Shown: positions 61,466 to 64,000 of the stretch, piece after piece | How positions within the stretch are numbered: position 1 is the first letter of the stretch | Layout: the number at the start of each line of letters is the position of its first letter | Assembly (NCBI RefSeq): GCF_009914755.1 | Contig: NC_060925.1 | DNA from: the human T2T-CHM13v2.0 reference genome, Homo sapiens | DNA: 64,000 nt | Reading direction: 5' to 3' (one strand) | Program-made: the position numbers and the translations under genes | The notes under the pieces: model-generated | The model's input: only the letters and a program-made list of their open reading frames with translations | What the model was told of the DNA's origin: nothing | The model's database searches: none

Positions 61466-62422
61466 TTCATTAGTTCATTAGGGCCTTCTCCACCAATGCA
61501 CTTGCCCTTCCCTCCACCTAGAACCTTCTTGCCCCTCCTCTCCTCGCTTAGCCAGCTCTCCTCATCTCTCTGGTCTCAGCTCAGAGGTTGTTTGCTCCAG
61601 AAGTTTGCCCTGACCTGGCTGTGGTGGCCAGGCCCCCTCCCATGCCCCTTGTATTCCCCTGGGTAGCAGCTTTGCCTCTGGTTTCTAACTTTTTGGATAC
61701 CGCTCTCTCCCTCTAATGCAAGGACCCTAGGCTCTTGGCGTGTGTCCCCAGCACAAAGCCTGGCACGAAGTAGGTGCCCAATAAACAGCTGCAAACATGC
61801 CCTGGGCTCTCCTGAGGGTCTATTTTGTGCCCCATTCTGTGCACAGAGGATGCCAGGTGGGCTAAACCTGGCCTCTGCCCTCAAGAACCTTCCAGTTAGT
61901 CCACCCACAGACAAGCAAGTGACAAACCATGAGCCAGAAGCCTCCAGAGAGGAGGGAGGCCTAGGGAGGGTCTGCAGCCCCCTCTTAGGGGGAGAAATAC
62001 CGTCTTGACGGCCAGCTGGCCTGACTCGCTGGATAGACCACCTAGAGCCCCGACTCTGCTGTCTGACCACCCTCCTTAACAAGCTATGGTTCAACAATGT
62101 GTAGATTCCAGAGGGACAGGAGATGAGATTATATAAAGTGAGGCCAAAAGGGAGCCCTCATGATCCCACCTGAACCTCCATGGGGGTGTCAGGGACAGGA
62201 GAGCCAGCATGTTTGGGATGATGGCAGGAGGCACACGTCCTGTGGAGGCAGAATTCAGCTGAACTGAGTTCACTCAGAGCTGGCCAGGGATGGAAGGGGT
62301 AACTTTGGAAAGCAGGGAGTGCGCCATCTCTGCTCAGAGCGGGGTGCCAGCAGAATCCAGGCCATACCTGCCAAAAGGATTGGAGGGTGAGTCTTTGCAG
62401 GGTGGGGCGATTGAGCTAGAGT

Positions 62423-62580
62423 CAGTGGTTCCCAAACCTGAGCCTGTTAAAAATCTCAATTTGCAGACTCCACCCTGAGAGCCTGTTATAGTAGGTCCAT
62501 GGTGGGACTGGGGAAATCTGTGTTTTTTAAAAAGGTACAGTGCAAGGCAGCCGGTCCCAGGCCTGGCACATCCAAAGCAT
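62423..62580. mobile_element. MER5-type hAT relic
   Basis: cagtggttcccaaacctg...aatctgtgttttttaaaaagg. Confidence 0.55.
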
Positions 62581-62605
62581 GGATTAGCGAGGTTCCATCT
62601 TGTAA

Positions 62606-63004
<399 letters not shown>

Positions 63005-64000
63005 ACCCTTCTTTTCTTTAGAAAACAGGTTGGGGGGAGTGTCTGCTTGAAATGAACTGAGATCCCCCTCCCCAGCAATCTCAGAGCTAGAAGGCACCTA
63101 GAAAGAGTTAACTGGCTGTCTCATTTTGCAAATAGAGACACTCACAATGCTCCTGCACACTTTCACTGTCCAAAAAGACTCAGGAGTTAGCAGGGCTTTT
63201 GAGGGCACAGTGGGTGCAGCAATGGCCTTATCATTGCAAGAGGTTGATTTGCAGCACGTGGGGTCATTCATGCTTCTGCTCCCAGTGGCTTAGGTGACTT
63301 CTGCTTTGACACAGAGCCCTGGGAAATCTTTTCAAGCATCCACAAAAGAGGTAACCCGTGTGGGCGAATGAGTGCTGGATGAGGAGACAGGAGACCTGGG
63401 TGGGGCTTTTGAGGGAGATCCGCCCCTGCCCTGTTCCTGTCCCTCCATCCTGCTGCGTGAGGGCTGGGGCTTTGGGGAATAGGAGACAGTGTGCGCTCTC
63501 GGAACCCAGCCCCTAGGCCCTGAGGACTGCCAGTGGAACTGGCCTGAGGCCAAATGAATGTGACCCTCTCACCAGACCAGGGGTCTCTGACCAGCGGCAT
63601 CGAAGGATTAAAGTCCCGTGAGGGCCCTGGCAAGTGTCTTATCACAAAGGGGACATGTCCAGGCTGAAATTGAGACATACTGCCCAGGGGCAGAAGTTCC
63701 GGAGCCTCCCCGGCAAGGGGCTCCCTTCCCTTCTTGGGCATAGATAATGACCTCTGCCGGCCCTGGAACTCCATAGCATCCTTCCCTGAGCCCCCTGGAC
63801 TGTGGCTCCAACCCCAACCAACTTCATTCTCCTTGTCTAGGTCTCTGGGGTGAAACAGCTGTCCCAACTGGGGTCATATTCTGCTTTTACCCCCAAAGAA
63901 GTGAAGTTGGTATCCCAGCATGGTTACTGATCATAGTAGCAGTCATGCCACACCACATTGGTTTGGCAGTTGGCAAAGGCACCTCTACTCCTATTAGTAT

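Noticed and set aside
60756-61473. Overlapping 70-154 aa ORFs in the CpG island
   Set aside because: Expected stop-codon scarcity in very GC-rich DNA; low-complexity R/G/P/A products with no domain.

Overview
Primate (almost certainly human) genomic DNA from the interior of the paired-box/homeobox gene PAX7, + strand. The window has three coding exons with canonical AG/GT boundaries: 35802-36001 (200 nt), 44701-44866 (166 nt) and 47142-47344 (203 nt). These are conventionally exons 5-7 and encode the complete Ser50 paired-type homeodomain plus the start of the Pro/Ser/Thr-rich C-terminal region. Everything else is intron: the 3' part of intron 4, introns 5 and 6, and the 5' part of intron 7, which is the PAX7-FOXO1 breakpoint intron. 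The introns hold about 31 Alus (coordinates approximate to about 10 bp), an L1 3' fragment, MIR/L2/hAT relics and microsatellites. There are also several repeat-free, motif-dense blocks that look like developmental enhancers, and an intragenic CpG island at about 60.9-61.46 kb. Nearly all ORFs in the supplied track are spurious. I see no clearly new biological system. The best hypotheses are: (1) a 15-unit pure GGAA microsatellite as an EWSR1-FLI1 neo-enhancer; (2) inverted Alus bracketing the in-frame, stop-free 369-nt exon 6-7 cassette, allowing a circRNA with an endless ORF; (3) a CpG-island internal promoter with a strong splice donor in intron 7; (4) CDX/SOX/TCF motif clusters in intron 4.
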